A DNA stretch of 64,000 bases from Gemmatimonadales bacterium (GTDB lineage: Bacteria > Gemmatimonadota > Gemmatimonadetes > Gemmatimonadales > GWC2-71-9), in NCBI GenBank assembly GCA_965249575.1, contig OZ252244.1, forward strand, positions 142,612 to 206,611, written 5' to 3'. Below, piece by piece: positions 1 through 9,716 of the stretch. How positions within the stretch are numbered: position 1 is the first letter of the stretch; every line of letters begins with the position of its first letter. The notes below the pieces were generated by a model, which had not been told where the DNA came from, did not search any database, and saw only the letters and a program-made list of their open reading frames with translations. A program made the translations under genes and the position numbers.

Positions 1-292
1 AGGTGAGCCCCGGAATCTTCGGGAGGAGCTCGAACACCGTTGGCCGATGGCGTGGATCCCTCCGGGTGACCACGTATCCGACCGGCTTGTGCAACGCGAT
101 CCAGGCCGATCGGCTGGGCCCGACACGCTTCCCCGAAACGGTGATTACGTCGGCCTCGGGATTGACACTCATGCCGATCGAGGCAACCGACCCGTTCACC
201 CGCACCCGGCCGCCGCGGATCAGATCCTCCGCCCGGCGCCTCGAGGCAATGCCAGCACGCGCGAGCGCGCGTTGGAGGCGCATCGACGTCAT
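1..292 (-). CDS. rluB: Pseudouridine synthase, RluB/RsuA family (N-terminal part only; gene runs off the window)
   Basis: Not in the ORF track because no stop lies in the window. My minus-strand translation from ATG 292-290 gives MTSMRLQRALARAGIASRRRAEDLIRGGRVRVNG...ALHKPVGYVVTRRDPRHRPTVFELLP. This is an S4 RNA-binding domain followed by the start of a pseudouridine synthase core. ATGA start/stop overlap with scpB. scpA-scpB-rluB is a known conserved gene order. Confidence 0.75.
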   Translation of the reverse strand, partial: MTSMRLQRALARAGIASRRRAEDLIRGGRVRVNGSVASIGMSVNPEADVITVSGKRVGPSRSAWIALHKPVGYVVTRRDPRHRPTVFELLPKIPGLT

Positions 293-837
293 TCCGGCGG
301 AGTCCCCATGGCGGGTCGTAGGGCGACCGCCAGCTCTTCCGCCTGCGGTAGCTCTCCGAGCTCTCGTAGCCCGAGCAACTCGAGGAAGGTGGGCGTCGTG
401 CCGTACAGCAACGGACGCCCCAGCGCTTCCCCCCGCCTGACCACGTCGACCAGCCCGCGCTCCTGCAGGGACCGTAACACGCCATCCGAAGCAACGCCAC
501 GAATCTCCTCGATCTCCGCCCGGCCGACTGGTTGCCGGTAGGCGATGATCGCGAGCGCTTCCATGGCCGCCTGCGACAGCCGGCGGGGGCGATGGACGAT
601 CTGCGCCTCCACAATCGCGTCGGCGAACTCCCGCCGGCTCAACACCTGCATCCCTTCCGCAAGCTCGACCAACTCTACGCCGTGCCCGCCGTTCGTGTAT
701 TCATCTCCCAGCTCGTTGAGTGCGGCTCGAATATCCCCGGGCGATGCGCTGATATCGAGGGACCCCAGCTCTCGGAGAGAGAGCGGACGGGAGGCCGCAA
801 ACAGAGCGGCCTCAATCAGTCGTGCCAGATCCGTCAC
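289..837 (-). CDS. scpB: Segregation and condensation protein B (ScpB)
   Basis: 182-aa ORF. N-terminus IEAALFAASRPLSLRELG and the ALAIIAYRQPVGRAEIEEIRGV winged-helix motif are typical of ScpB. Overlaps and follows scpA. Confidence 0.9.
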   Translation of the reverse strand: MTDLARLIEAALFAASRPLSLRELGSLDISASPGDIRAALNELGDEYTNGGHGVELVELAEGMQVLSRREFADAIVEAQIVHRPRRLSQAAMEALAIIAYRQPVGRAEIEEIRGVASDGVLRSLQERGLVDVVRRGEALGRPLLYGTTPTFLELLGLRELGELPQAEELAVALRPAMGTPPE

Positions 838-1546
838 GCGCGACCTCTAGACCAGAAAACGGCTCGACTTGCACGAGGCGGACATCTCCGAGCCTGGCCA
901 GCTCCAACAAGGCCAGGAGCACCGACAAGATCTCGGCCACCGTCGGGTGGGCTCCAACGATGTCCGCGAAACTCAGTTCGTCCCGAGCCCCGAGTAATTC
1001 CCGAATGCGTGCTGTGGCCCCCTCGACATCCAGCGGTCGGGGGACGACCCGATGGATGATCGGGCGAGGCATTCCGTCGATCGCGCGCTCGGCAGCCTCG
1101 ACCAAGCCCGCGAGATCGATGTGAATTGGAGGCGGCGGGAGCTCGGGTGGATCCGGCACCCAGCCCCGGACGAAATGATCCGCCTGCAGCCCCGCGCGCG
1201 CACTCAGCCACACTGCGACTTCCCGTACTTGTTCGTACTCGAGTAAACGGCGTACGAGTTCCGCTCGAGGATCTTCCCAGTCCTCCTCGTCCAATGGACG
1301 AGGCAGCAGCATCTGGATCTTGATACGAAGGAGCTGCGCGGCCATCTCCAGATAATCTGCCGCCTGATTGAGGCCGAGTGCCGCGATCGCCGAAAGGAAT
1401 TGTTCCGCGACTCGAGCGATCGGAATGTCGGTAATGTCGATTTCCTGCTCTCGGATCAGGTGCAGGAGCAGCTCGAGGGGCCCGGAAAAGTCCTCCAGCT
1501 CGACCACGAACGCGCGGTCGGTGGAGAAAGCTACCGGGGTACTCAT
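812..1546 (-). CDS. scpA: Segregation and condensation protein A (ScpA kleisin)
   Basis: 244-aa ORF. The FSGPLELLLHLIREQEIDITDIPIARVAEQF motif is characteristic of ScpA. Operon with scpB. Confidence 0.9.
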   Translation of the reverse strand: MSTPVAFSTDRAFVVELEDFSGPLELLLHLIREQEIDITDIPIARVAEQFLSAIAALGLNQAADYLEMAAQLLRIKIQMLLPRPLDEEDWEDPRAELVRRLLEYEQVREVAVWLSARAGLQADHFVRGWVPDPPELPPPPIHIDLAGLVEAAERAIDGMPRPIIHRVVPRPLDVEGATARIRELLGARDELSFADIVGAHPTVAEILSVLLALLELARLGDVRLVQVEPFSGLEVARDGSGTTD

Positions 1547-2224
1547 CTACCAGACCGGGAGCGGCTGAAGTGCGAACGGGGCCGCCAGATCGAACGCAAG
1601 TCCGTAGAGCGCGAATGCGGGCATCAGGAGCGTGAAGAAGAAGCCGCGGAAGAAGATCAAGAGCCCAAGGAGTATGAGAATACCATAGGGCGCCAAGGCT
1701 CGGTAACGTGCCCCGACCCGCGGTGGTAGGAGATGATAAAGGATGTGGGAGCCGTCGAGCGGCGGAATGGGGATCAGGTTGAAAAAGCCGAGCAGCAGGT
1801 TGAGCCAGATACCAATGAAGGCCATCTGCTGGATGAACCCGAGGCTCGTCTCGGTCGAGGTCGCCCGCCCGATGATGCCGATCGCGATGCTCAATCCGAC
1901 GCATAGGATCGCAAGCGCAAAGTTGGTCACGACCCCCGCGGACGATACGATGATATCGCCCCGCCGATAGTTCCGGTACTTCCGCGGATCGACCGGGACT
2001 GGCTTGGCACCGCCGAAGACGAAACGTCCACCCGAGCCGTACCATAGCATCAGCGGGAGGAGCACGGTCATCCACGGATCGATGTGCTTGAGGGGATTAA
2101 ACGTGAGACGGCCCATCCGGTACGCGGTGTCATCGCCTTGCCGCAGCGCGGCATAGCCGTGCGCGAACTCGTGCGCCACCATCGAGATGAGGAGCACGGG
2201 CATCGCCAGCAGAAATTCTCGCAT
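1547..2224 (-). CDS. Site-2 protease family (M50) zinc metalloprotease, membrane-embedded
   Basis: HEFAHG zinc motif, NLIPIPPLDGSH second motif, and several hydrophobic helices. I chose ATG 2224 (MREFLLAMPVLL...) rather than the track start at 2296. Confidence 0.85.
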   Translation of the reverse strand: MREFLLAMPVLLISMVAHEFAHGYAALRQGDDTAYRMGRLTFNPLKHIDPWMTVLLPLMLWYGSGGRFVFGGAKPVPVDPRKYRNYRRGDIIVSSAGVVTNFALAILCVGLSIAIGIIGRATSTETSLGFIQQMAFIGIWLNLLLGFFNLIPIPPLDGSHILYHLLPPRVGARYRALAPYGILILLGLLIFFRGFFFTLLMPAFALYGLAFDLAAPFALQPLPVW

Positions 2225-2351
2225 GTGGGAGCGTGTTCCGTTGCGTCCGAGTGCGCGTAAACTAACGGGCCGCGCTTGACCACACAACACGGCCACGGTA
2301 GCTTTTTAGACTGTACGCGTCACGAGAGTGCGTTCCAGCGAAGGAGATGAT

Positions 2352-2603
2352 GTGCCGAACACCCGGTCGGCGAAAAAGCGGCAGCGTCAGTCCGTCAGGG
2401 CAAACGCCCGAAACCGTGCGAGTCGATCCGCGATTCGCACAGCTATCAAGAAGGTTCGTGCTGCACAGACGGGGAAGGAAGCCGAAGCCGCGTACCGGAG
2501 CGCTGAGGTGCTGCTGGACCGTGCCGCGCGAACCGGCCTCATTCACCGAAACAACGTTGCGCGGCACAAATCGAGGCTGCAAAAGGGTCTGACCAAGACC
2601 TGA
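2352..2603 (+). CDS. rpsT: 30S ribosomal protein S20
   Basis: PNTRSAKKRQRQSVRANARNRASRSAIRTAIKK is the S20 signature. GTG 2352 lies 5 nt after AAGGAG (2341-2346). Confidence 0.95.
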   Translation: MPNTRSAKKRQRQSVRANARNRASRSAIRTAIKKVRAAQTGKEAEAAYRSAEVLLDRAARTGLIHRNNVARHKSRLQKGLTKT

Positions 2604-2606
2604 CGC

Positions 2607-3515
2607 TTACAGCGCTGCCAGTTCCGCCCCACAGCGCTCGCAGTACCACTCCGTTGGCAGGTTCAGCGCACTGCAGTCCCCACACTTGAGCGTTTTCTCG
2701 GTCGACCCCGACCCCTTTTCGTGGGTAACCGACTGTCCCGAGCCGACGCCTTCGGCCCCGACATCGAGACCGCCCCCGGCCTTGCCTCCGCCCCGCCCCC
2801 CACCACTCGAGTAATCGGCGGTCTTGTACGAACCGCTAGCGCGCGACGCCGCGGGGCCATGCGTATCGTCTTCCGTCACCGACTTCAAGAACGCGAGCTC
2901 GTCGAACGCATTCGTCTGCGACGTCGACGGTGCGGGCTCCTCTTGGGGGTGCCCGCGGCTGGGCGGCGAAGCCCCGACAGGAGGGGGCGAAGGCACCGAG
3001 GCCGATGCCCGGCGGGGTGGTGGCGGGATTTCCTCGGACGCACGAGCCGGCGCCGCTCGTGAGGTCGGCGCCGCTTTCTTTCCCTCGACGAGCACCATGA
3101 CCTCTTCAAGCCGGCCGATTTCCTCATCCACCCGCTTGAGGTCTTCGCGTGCCGTGCCCAGTGCCGTCTGCACGTCCGAGTGCAGCTCGCGCCACTTGGA
3201 TTCGTCGTACTCGCCCACGGCATGTCTCAACTCGGCTTCCGCGAGCCGTTCGGCGGCTTGGCCCTCACGCTCCGCCAGCCCCTCTCGGTTTTCGCGATGG
3301 CGCCGAAGCGCCTCCGACAGATCTTCCGTGTAGCCCCTGAGCTCGCCAAGCACATCGGAGAGCCGCTTCCGATAATCGGCCCGGACCCGCTCTCGAACAG
3401 GCTCTGGCGTCTTGTCGGCGGCCATCTCCAGCCGTTCCAGCCAGCGCTCGACCTCACGCCGCTCGGCAAGCAGGCGTTGGATCGCTGCAACGGATTTGGA
3501 TGTGGCCTTAGCCAT
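2607..3515 (-). CDS. Hypothetical coiled-coil protein with Pro-rich linker and C-terminal zinc ribbon
   Basis: ATG 3515 preceded by GGAGGG. The N-terminal half is heptad-like and charged (ERLEMAADK...LAEAELRHAVGEYDESKWREL). C-terminus is KCGDCSALNLPTEWYCERCGAEL (CxxC...CxxC). No family assigned. Confidence 0.6.
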   Translation of the reverse strand: MAKATSKSVAAIQRLLAERREVERWLERLEMAADKTPEPVRERVRADYRKRLSDVLGELRGYTEDLSEALRRHRENREGLAEREGQAAERLAEAELRHAVGEYDESKWRELHSDVQTALGTAREDLKRVDEEIGRLEEVMVLVEGKKAAPTSRAAPARASEEIPPPPRRASASVPSPPPVGASPPSRGHPQEEPAPSTSQTNAFDELAFLKSVTEDDTHGPAASRASGSYKTADYSSGGGRGGGKAGGGLDVGAEGVGSGQSVTHEKGSGSTEKTLKCGDCSALNLPTEWYCERCGAELAAL

Positions 3516-3786
3516 GCAATCCCTCCATACGGCCGCGCCGGCCGGGATTCCAACCAGGGCGTGGGTCGGCCCCCCTTCCCCGAGTTCCACCCCACCGTCT
3601 TACCCCAATGACGGACCCACGGCCCCAGGGCGCTTCCGCTGATCGCCGGTGCCGCCCCTGAGCGCCTCCGCAAGATAAACTCAGCCCCGCCACGGCGTTA
3701 GCCAGCTTGCCAGGACTCAGAACGCTTAAAGATGTAGGGAACAGCCCCCAGTTCCAAGGCCGGATCCGTGCAACCGCCAGCCGAGC

Positions 3787-5076
3787 TCAGGCCGTCCCAG
3801 CTTCGAAGGCCGTCACCCCCCTCACAATGGTGCGGACCACCCGTCCGCAAACCTCTCGGCCGGCAAACGGCGTGTTTCGGCTCTTCGATAGGAATCGGTC
3901 CGGATCGACCACCCACCGCACCTCCGGCTCGAACACGACGAGATCGGCGACCGATCCGCGTCTGAGCGATCCACCGGGCAGGCCGAAGATCTTGGCCGGC
4001 TTGGAGCTCATTCGGTCGATGAGGTCGGACAGCGTGAGCACGCCTCCACGCACCAGCGCGTCGATCCCGAGGGCCAGCGCAGTCTCCAACCCCACGATCC
4101 CCATCGGCGCGTCGTCAAACTCCCGTTCCTTGGCATCGTAGTGGTGTGGAGCGTGGTCCGATGCCACTACGTCGAGCGTGCCATCCGCGAGCCCCTCACG
4201 GACCGCTGCAATGTCCTCCTCCTCCCGGAGGGGCGGGTTCATTTTCGCATTCGTGTTGTAGCCCTCGCACGCCTCATGAGTCAGCACAAAGTGGTGCGGA
4301 GTCGCTTCTGCGGTTACGAATACCCCGCGTTCCTTCCCGCGGCGGATGATCTCCACCGACCCGCGGGTGGAAACATGACACAGGTGTACATGTCCACCGG
4401 TCAGTTCAGCGAGAATCACGTCTCTGGCCACCATGATTTCCTCGGCGGCGGCGGGAATGCCCCTCAACCCGAGGCGGGTCGAGACCAGCCCTTCGTGCAT
4501 GACCCCGCCAGCGGCCAGCGTAGGGTCCTCGCAGTGATCGGCGACTGGAATCCCAAAGGTACGGGCGTACTCGAGGGCGGTACGCATGAGCTGGCTCGAC
4601 ACCACGGGGCGGCCGTCGTCGCTCACCGCTACCGCTCCCGCCCCAACGAGCTCCCCAAATTCGGCGAGTTGCACGCCCTTCTGACCGAGTGAGATCGCGC
4701 CGATCGGATAGACGCGCGCCGCCCGGGCGGTGATCGCCTGTTTGACGATGAATCCGACGGCGGCCTGATTGTCCGTCACGGGGTCGGTGTTCGGCATAGC
4801 GCACACGGCGCTGAAGCCGCCGGCAGCGGCCGCGCGGGCGCCGGTTGCCACCGTCTCCATATGCTCCTGCCCGGGCTCTCGCAGGTGCACGTGCACATCG
4901 ATCAGCCCCGGCGAGACGATTTTCCCGGACACGTCGATTCGCTCCGCGTCGTCGGGTGGGCCCAGCCCGCGACCGATCGCCTCTACCTTTCCCTCGGCGA
5001 GCAGGACATCGGCGACGTCGTCGAAATCTTGGGAGGGATCGACGACCCGGCCCCCGGTGAAGAGAATCGGCCTCAT
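3787..5076 (-). CDS. pyrC: Dihydroorotase
   Basis: 429 aa. Has the [10 protein letters not shown] metal-binding motif and SDHAPH later in the sequence. 4-nt overlap with pyrB. Confidence 0.95.
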   Translation of the reverse strand: MRPILFTGGRVVDPSQDFDDVADVLLAEGKVEAIGRGLGPPDDAERIDVSGKIVSPGLIDVHVHLREPGQEHMETVATGARAAAAGGFSAVCAMPNTDPVTDNQAAVGFIVKQAITARAARVYPIGAISLGQKGVQLAEFGELVGAGAVAVSDDGRPVVSSQLMRTALEYARTFGIPVADHCEDPTLAAGGVMHEGLVSTRLGLRGIPAAAEEIMVARDVILAELTGGHVHLCHVSTRGSVEIIRRGKERGVFVTAEATPHHFVLTHEACEGYNTNAKMNPPLREEEDIAAVREGLADGTLDVVASDHAPHHYDAKEREFDDAPMGIVGLETALALGIDALVRGGVLTLSDLIDRMSSKPAKIFGLPGGSLRRGSVADLVVFEPEVRWVVDPDRFLSKSRNTPFAGREVCGRVVRTIVRGVTAFEAGTA

Positions 5077-6047
5077 TCTGCACCCTCACGATTGCCGCCC
5101 TTAGCCGCCTCCGCCCGAGCCGGGTTTCCCCCGGAAAGGAGGTAGAGTACCGCCATTCGGACGGCGATCCCGTTGGTCACCTGGTGCAGGATGACACTCT
5201 CGGGACCGTCGACCACGCGCGAGTCTACCTCCACCCCGCGGTTGACCGGCCCCGGATGCAAGACGATGGGTGCCTTGCCGGCGCACGCCAGGCGCTCGGC
5301 CGTCACACCAAACACCCGATTGTACTCTCTGACGGACGGGATGAACCCGGCGTGCATCCGCTCGAGCTGCAACCGCAAGACGTTGAGCGCGTCCGCCCAC
5401 CGAATCGCGTCCTCGATCCGGTCGAACGCCTGGACACCGAGCTGTTCGATACCCCTGGGCATCAGCGACTTGGGACCGCACACCGCGACCTCCGCGCCCA
5501 ACTTGAGCAGTCCCCAAATGTTCGAACGCGCGACGCGACTGTGCAGGATGTCGCCGCAAATGCAAACCTTGGCTCCGCGAATGGAGCCGAGCCGGTCTCG
5601 AATGGTCAGAAGGTCGAGTAGCGCCTGCGTGGGGTGTTCGTGCTTCCCATCTCCCGCATTGATCACGCTGGAGCGGATCCGATTGGCCAGAAAATGCGCG
5701 GCCCCAGACGACGGGTGCCGCATGACGACCATGTCGATCCGCATGGACTCAAGATTCCGCGCCGTGTCGACGAGGTTTTCGCCTTTTTCGACCGACGACC
5801 CAAGCGATACGACGTTGACGGTGTCAGCCGACAGTCGTTTCTCCGCGAATTCGAACGATATGCGCGTGCGGGTCGAGGCCTCGAAGAACAGATTGACGAT
5901 CGTCTTCCCGCGCAGGGTGGGTACCTTCTTGATGGCGCGTTCGCTGACCTCCTTGAAGGGCTCGGCGGTATCCAGTATCAGCTCGATCTGTTCTGGGGTC
6001 AGCTCTTCGAGCCCCAGCAGGTCCTTCCCAAGCGAAGGTGTGGTCAC
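5073..6047 (-). CDS. pyrB: Aspartate carbamoyltransferase catalytic subunit
   Basis: 324 aa with STRTR carbamoyl-phosphate motif, HPTQALLD and HPGP motifs. Lies between pyrR and pyrC. Confidence 0.95.
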   Translation of the reverse strand: MTTPSLGKDLLGLEELTPEQIELILDTAEPFKEVSERAIKKVPTLRGKTIVNLFFEASTRTRISFEFAEKRLSADTVNVVSLGSSVEKGENLVDTARNLESMRIDMVVMRHPSSGAAHFLANRIRSSVINAGDGKHEHPTQALLDLLTIRDRLGSIRGAKVCICGDILHSRVARSNIWGLLKLGAEVAVCGPKSLMPRGIEQLGVQAFDRIEDAIRWADALNVLRLQLERMHAGFIPSVREYNRVFGVTAERLACAGKAPIVLHPGPVNRGVEVDSRVVDGPESVILHQVTNGIAVRMAVLYLLSGGNPARAEAAKGGNREGAE

Positions 6048-6589
6048 CTGGTACGCACCAACTCCACGGCGTCCCGTCCGTCCAGGTCCGCTACCAGCAC
6101 CTCCACCACGTCGCCCGGCCCCGCATCCACGGTTTTCCCGACCACGTCGGCCTGGATCGGGAGTTCGCGTCCTCCCCGGTCGATCAGGATACAGAGACTG
6201 ATACGGGCCGGCCGGCCGAAGTCCACGAGTTGGTCCAGCGCGGCCCGGACGGTGCGTCCGGTGTACAAGACGTCGTCGACGATGATGACATTGCTCCCAG
6301 ACAGATCGCCAGGGAGGTGGGTCTCCCCGATGACGGGCCGAGGACCGACCGTTTCGAGATCGTCTCGGTACAGCGTGATGTCGAGCGCACCTCGATCGAC
6401 ATCCCGCTGGGTTTTCTCGGCGATCGTTTTCGCAAGGCGGTCCGCCAGCTGCACGCCACGCCGCTGAATACCGACCAAGACGAGCGGCCTGGCGGTGCCC
6501 GAGAGCTCAATAATCTGATCCGCCATTTGTTGGACCGCCCGTGCGACCGCACGGGCGTCGAGGAGAGTGGTGCGCTCGGCGGAACCCAT
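6044..6589 (-). CDS. pyrR: Bifunctional pyrimidine operon regulator / uracil phosphoribosyltransferase PyrR
   Basis: 181 aa with the PRPP-binding loop [18 protein letters not shown]. First gene of the pyrR-pyrB-pyrC operon. Confidence 0.9.
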   Translation of the reverse strand: MGSAERTTLLDARAVARAVQQMADQIIELSGTARPLVLVGIQRRGVQLADRLAKTIAEKTQRDVDRGALDITLYRDDLETVGPRPVIGETHLPGDLSGSNVIIVDDVLYTGRTVRAALDQLVDFGRPARISLCILIDRGGRELPIQADVVGKTVDAGPGDVVEVLVADLDGRDAVELVRTR

Positions 6590-6674
6590 AGCCGTGGCGC
6601 AAGTTAGGTGGTCTCCCCAGGTCCGTCAACGATCGGCGACCAAACCCGGAAGCCAAAGGGCGACCGGCGGGACC

Positions 6675-7641
6675 TCAGGCCAGAGCCGGTGTAAGGGGCT
6701 CCCCGCCATCGAGTACCGCCTGGACGTTTCGCACCGCGAGCGCCGCCATCGCCTTGCGTGAGACGGAGGTCGCGCTCCCGAGATGGGGCAGCGCCACGAT
6801 GCACGGATGTTGCAGGAGCCGACGATCCACCTCGGGTTCGCTCGAGAAAACGTCCAGACCGGCTGCTCGGAGGCGGCCGGAATCGAGCGCCTCGAGAAGG
6901 GCGGGCTCGTGGACCAGGTCACCGCGTGCCGTATTGACGAATATGGAGCCAGCCTTCATGCGGCCGAAGCTGGCGGCGTCCATTAGACCGACCGTTTCCG
7001 GGGCCGAGCGCACGTGCAGTGACACGACGTCGCTGCCCGCCAGCAGGGGAGTCGAGGACCACGTGCCGGGCACCCATCTCAGCCTCGAATTCCGGTTTGG
7101 CCGTTCGGGAGGTGTACAGGAGCCGCATCCCAAAGCCGAGGGCCCGGCGCCCAACGGCCTGTCCGATGCGGCCGGCCCCCACGATGCCGAGCGTGTGGCC
7201 CGCTAGCTCTAGCCCGAGCAGCTCATTCGGGTTCCAACCCTGCCACCCACCCGACAACAGGAGCTCGCGCCCTTCATTGATCCGGCGGGCAGCAGCTAGG
7301 ATGAGTGCCCATGTCAGATCCGCGGTAGACTCCGTGAGGACCCCGGGGGTGTTCGTGACGACGATCCCCCGTCGCTCGGCAGCGGCCAGATCGATGTTGT
7401 CGACCCCGGTAGCGCAATTCGCGATGACTCGAAGTTGGGGGAGCCGCGCAAGATCATCATCGCGAACGTGCCGGGTCAGAAGCGGCACGATGCCGGTGAA
7501 GGGTCCGGCGGGAATCGGCGCTCCGCTCGCTACCCACCGAACCGAGCGCCCCGGAAGCGGATCGGCACCGAGAAGATCTCGAAGCTCCTCGGCGATCAAG
7601 ACGCTATCTGGCACAGCCTGCGCGAAAAGTCCGGCTGCCAT
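6675..7641 (-). pseudogene. D-isomer-specific 2-hydroxyacid dehydrogenase (glyoxylate/hydroxypyruvate reductase-like), split by an apparent 1-nt frameshift
   Basis: ORF 6919..7656 carries the N-terminal half, including the GIVGAGRIGQAVGRR NAD fold, up to ...EMGARHVVLDS. ORF 6675..7154 in another frame continues with LLAGSDVVSLHV...FVNTARGDLV...LDVFSSEPE...PHLGSAT. The two frames can only be joined inside the GGGG run at 7046-7049. Confidence 0.8.
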
Positions 7642-7669
7642 GGAATCGCACCACACTTGAATCTATAAT
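7641..7669 (+). promoter_or_regulatory. Candidate sigma70-type promoter of tRNA-Ser(CGA)
   Basis: Perfect TATAAT at 7664-7669, 10 nt before the tRNA 5' end. Weak -35 TGGAAT lies 17 nt upstream. Confidence 0.4.
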
Positions 7670-7678
7670 GCACGCCCG

Positions 7679-7765
7679 GGAGAGGTGTCCGAGTGGCTGA
7701 AGGAGCCGGTCTCGAAAACCGGTAAGCCCGCAAGGGTTTCGTGGGTTCGAATCCCACCCTCTCCG
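7679..7765 (+). tRNA. tRNA-Ser (anticodon CGA)
   Basis: Folded by hand. Acceptor GGAGAGG/CCTCTCC, D arm TCC-GAGTGGCTGAA-GGA, anticodon stem CCGGT/ACCGG with loop CTCGAAA, long variable arm, and T arm GTGGG-TTCGAAT-CCCAC. CCA is not encoded. Confidence 0.95.
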
Positions 7766-7821
7766 CTGGCAGTATGCTCGTCAGAGGTGCGATCCCTCGA
7801 CCGTTGCTACATCTTCACCGG

Positions 7822-7843
7822 CTCACGAACGGCCGTTCGTGAG
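7822..7843. promoter_or_regulatory. Perfect 22-nt palindrome CTCACGAACGGCCGTTCGTGAG (candidate operator or U-tract-less terminator)
   Basis: Read directly from the sequence. Lies 30 nt upstream of the esterase start and 57 nt after the tRNA-Ser 3' end. No T-run follows it. Confidence 0.35.
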
Positions 7844-7873
7844 GTACTAGCCGTGTGACGTAAGGAGAACGCA

Positions 7874-9628
7874 ATGATGCACCCCCCGCTGGCCGTACGC
7901 CGTCGATTCCACGCGCCCGCTCTCATCGCGGTCCTGCTACTGGTCGCCGGTCCGCTACAGGCGGACGCGGCTCAGGCCCCCCCCCCTTCCGACCTTCAGT
8001 TCACGATCTCGGTCGCGGCGTCGGCGCACAGCGAGCCCATCACCGGCCGCATGTACGTACTAATCGACACGGACTCGACCAGTCCCGCGCTGTCCCAGCG
8101 AAGCCTCGGGCATCAGCCCATATCGAGCTCACGCGGCGTCCCCTTCTTCGCAATCGACATTCATCAACTGGAACCCGGACAGACCGCGGTCATCGACGCT
8201 TCGACGCCGGGGTTCCCCCAGCGTTCCCTGCGTGACCTGCCGCCCGGGGACTATTTCGTCCAGGCCCTGGTCAACGTCTATACTGAATTTCACCGTGCTG
8301 ACGGGCATGTGATCTGGGCGCACATGGACCAGTGGGATGGCCAGCATTTCAATTGGGCGCCGGGGAACCTGCTGAGCGCTGTCAAGAGAGTCCGCCTCGA
8401 CCCGGTGGTAGGCTACGACGTAGCGCTCGCGGCAACCGAAGTCATCCCGCCGATCGAGATGCCGCCCGACGACGAGTGGGTAAAGCGTGTCCGAATCCAG
8501 AGCGACCTGCTCAGCGAGTTCTGGGGCCACCCGATCTACATAGGGGCCACGGTGCTCTTGCCAAAGGGATACGACACGAACCCCAACGTGCGCTACCCAA
8601 CCGTGTACCAGCAGGGGCACTTCGACCTCCGAGCGCCGTTTCGGTTTCAGACGACACCACTCAACGAGTCGCCGGCCGCCCGGGCCGCGAGACTCGGGCG
8701 CGGTGTAGAGAACGGGTATGAGTTTTACCAGGCGTGGAACTCGCCCGATTTCCCGCGCATGTTCGCCGTCACCTTCCAACACCCCACGCCGTACTTCGAC
8801 GACTCCTACACCGTCAACTCGGCGAACAACGGACCGTATGCCGACGCAATCCTGACGGAGCTGATCCCGTACCTCGAGCAAGAGTTCCGGATGATTCCCG
8901 AATCGTACGCCCGGCTCTTGACCGGCGGGTCGACGGGCGGTTACGAGGCGCTCGCGCTTCAGGTACACCATCCGACGTTTTTTGGCGGCACGTGGGTGTA
9001 TTACCCGGACACAATCGATTTTCGACGGCTGTTTCTGATCAACATCTACGAGGACGAGAACGCCTTCCTCGTACCGGGTTGGGGGCTCGGAAACGTCCAG
9101 CCGGAGCGCTATGCGTTTCGCTCCGCCGAAGGACAGTCGATCTTCACCATTCGCGATCTCAGCCGCCTCGCGTCGATGCTCGGGAGCAAGGGACGATCGA
9201 CGGACTACCTCGAAGCGTGGGAAGCCTCGTTCGGACCGGTTGGTGACGACGGCTACACGAGGCCGCTCTGGGACAAACAAACGGGGAAGATCGACCGGGA
9301 AGTGGCACAGTACTGGAGGGAGGAAGGCTACGATCTGCGCTACTACACGGAGCAGAACTGGTCGACGATCGGGCAGCACCTGGTCGGCAAGCTGCACTTC
9401 ATCTGCGGCGATATGGACAACTACTTCTTCAATCAGCCCGTCTACATGATGGAAGAGTTCCTCGAGGGCACCACCGACCCATACTACGCCGGCTCGTTTC
9501 GCTACGGCCGTCCGAACAAACCTCATGGGTGGACGCCGATCACCAATGCCGAGTTGATGGACGAAATGGCCGCGTTGATCACCCAAAACACACCGGCAGG
9601 GCACGACGCCGGGATGTGGCGATACTAG
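7874..9628 (+). CDS. Secreted esterase-family alpha/beta hydrolase (enterochelin-esterase-like fold)
   Basis: TAAGGAG lies before ATG 7874. Signal-like N-terminus ALIAVLLLVAGPLQADAAQA. Nucleophile-elbow-like LLTGGSTGGYEALALQ. 584 aa. Confidence 0.7.
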   Translation: MMHPPLAVRRRFHAPALIAVLLLVAGPLQADAAQAPPPSDLQFTISVAASAHSEPITGRMYVLIDTDSTSPALSQRSLGHQPISSSRGVPFFAIDIHQLEPGQTAVIDASTPGFPQRSLRDLPPGDYFVQALVNVYTEFHRADGHVIWAHMDQWDGQHFNWAPGNLLSAVKRVRLDPVVGYDVALAATEVIPPIEMPPDDEWVKRVRIQSDLLSEFWGHPIYIGATVLLPKGYDTNPNVRYPTVYQQGHFDLRAPFRFQTTPLNESPAARAARLGRGVENGYEFYQAWNSPDFPRMFAVTFQHPTPYFDDSYTVNSANNGPYADAILTELIPYLEQEFRMIPESYARLLTGGSTGGYEALALQVHHPTFFGGTWVYYPDTIDFRRLFLINIYEDENAFLVPGWGLGNVQPERYAFRSAEGQSIFTIRDLSRLASMLGSKGRSTDYLEAWEASFGPVGDDGYTRPLWDKQTGKIDREVAQYWREEGYDLRYYTEQNWSTIGQHLVGKLHFICGDMDNYFFNQPVYMMEEFLEGTTDPYYAGSFRYGRPNKPHGWTPITNAELMDEMAALITQNTPAGHDAGMWRY

Positions 9629-9716
9629 CCGGCGCCGGGAACACGGTGTGCGGCCGTGGCCCACCCGTTGACCGGACACCGGTAAACTGGCTCCTCCCGC
9701 GCGATCGCGCCGCCTG

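Noticed and set aside
834-2075. 413-aa minus-strand ORF overlapping scpA and the S2P protease
   Set aside because: Out-of-frame overlap with two well-supported genes on the same strand. The text is Arg/Pro-rich.
6590-6674. PyrR-binding attenuator in the pyrR leader
   Set aside because: The leader contains GGACCUGGGGAGACC, which only loosely resembles the UCCAGAGAGG PyrR loop. I could not draw a convincing terminator/antiterminator pair in 85 nt, so this is left unannotated.
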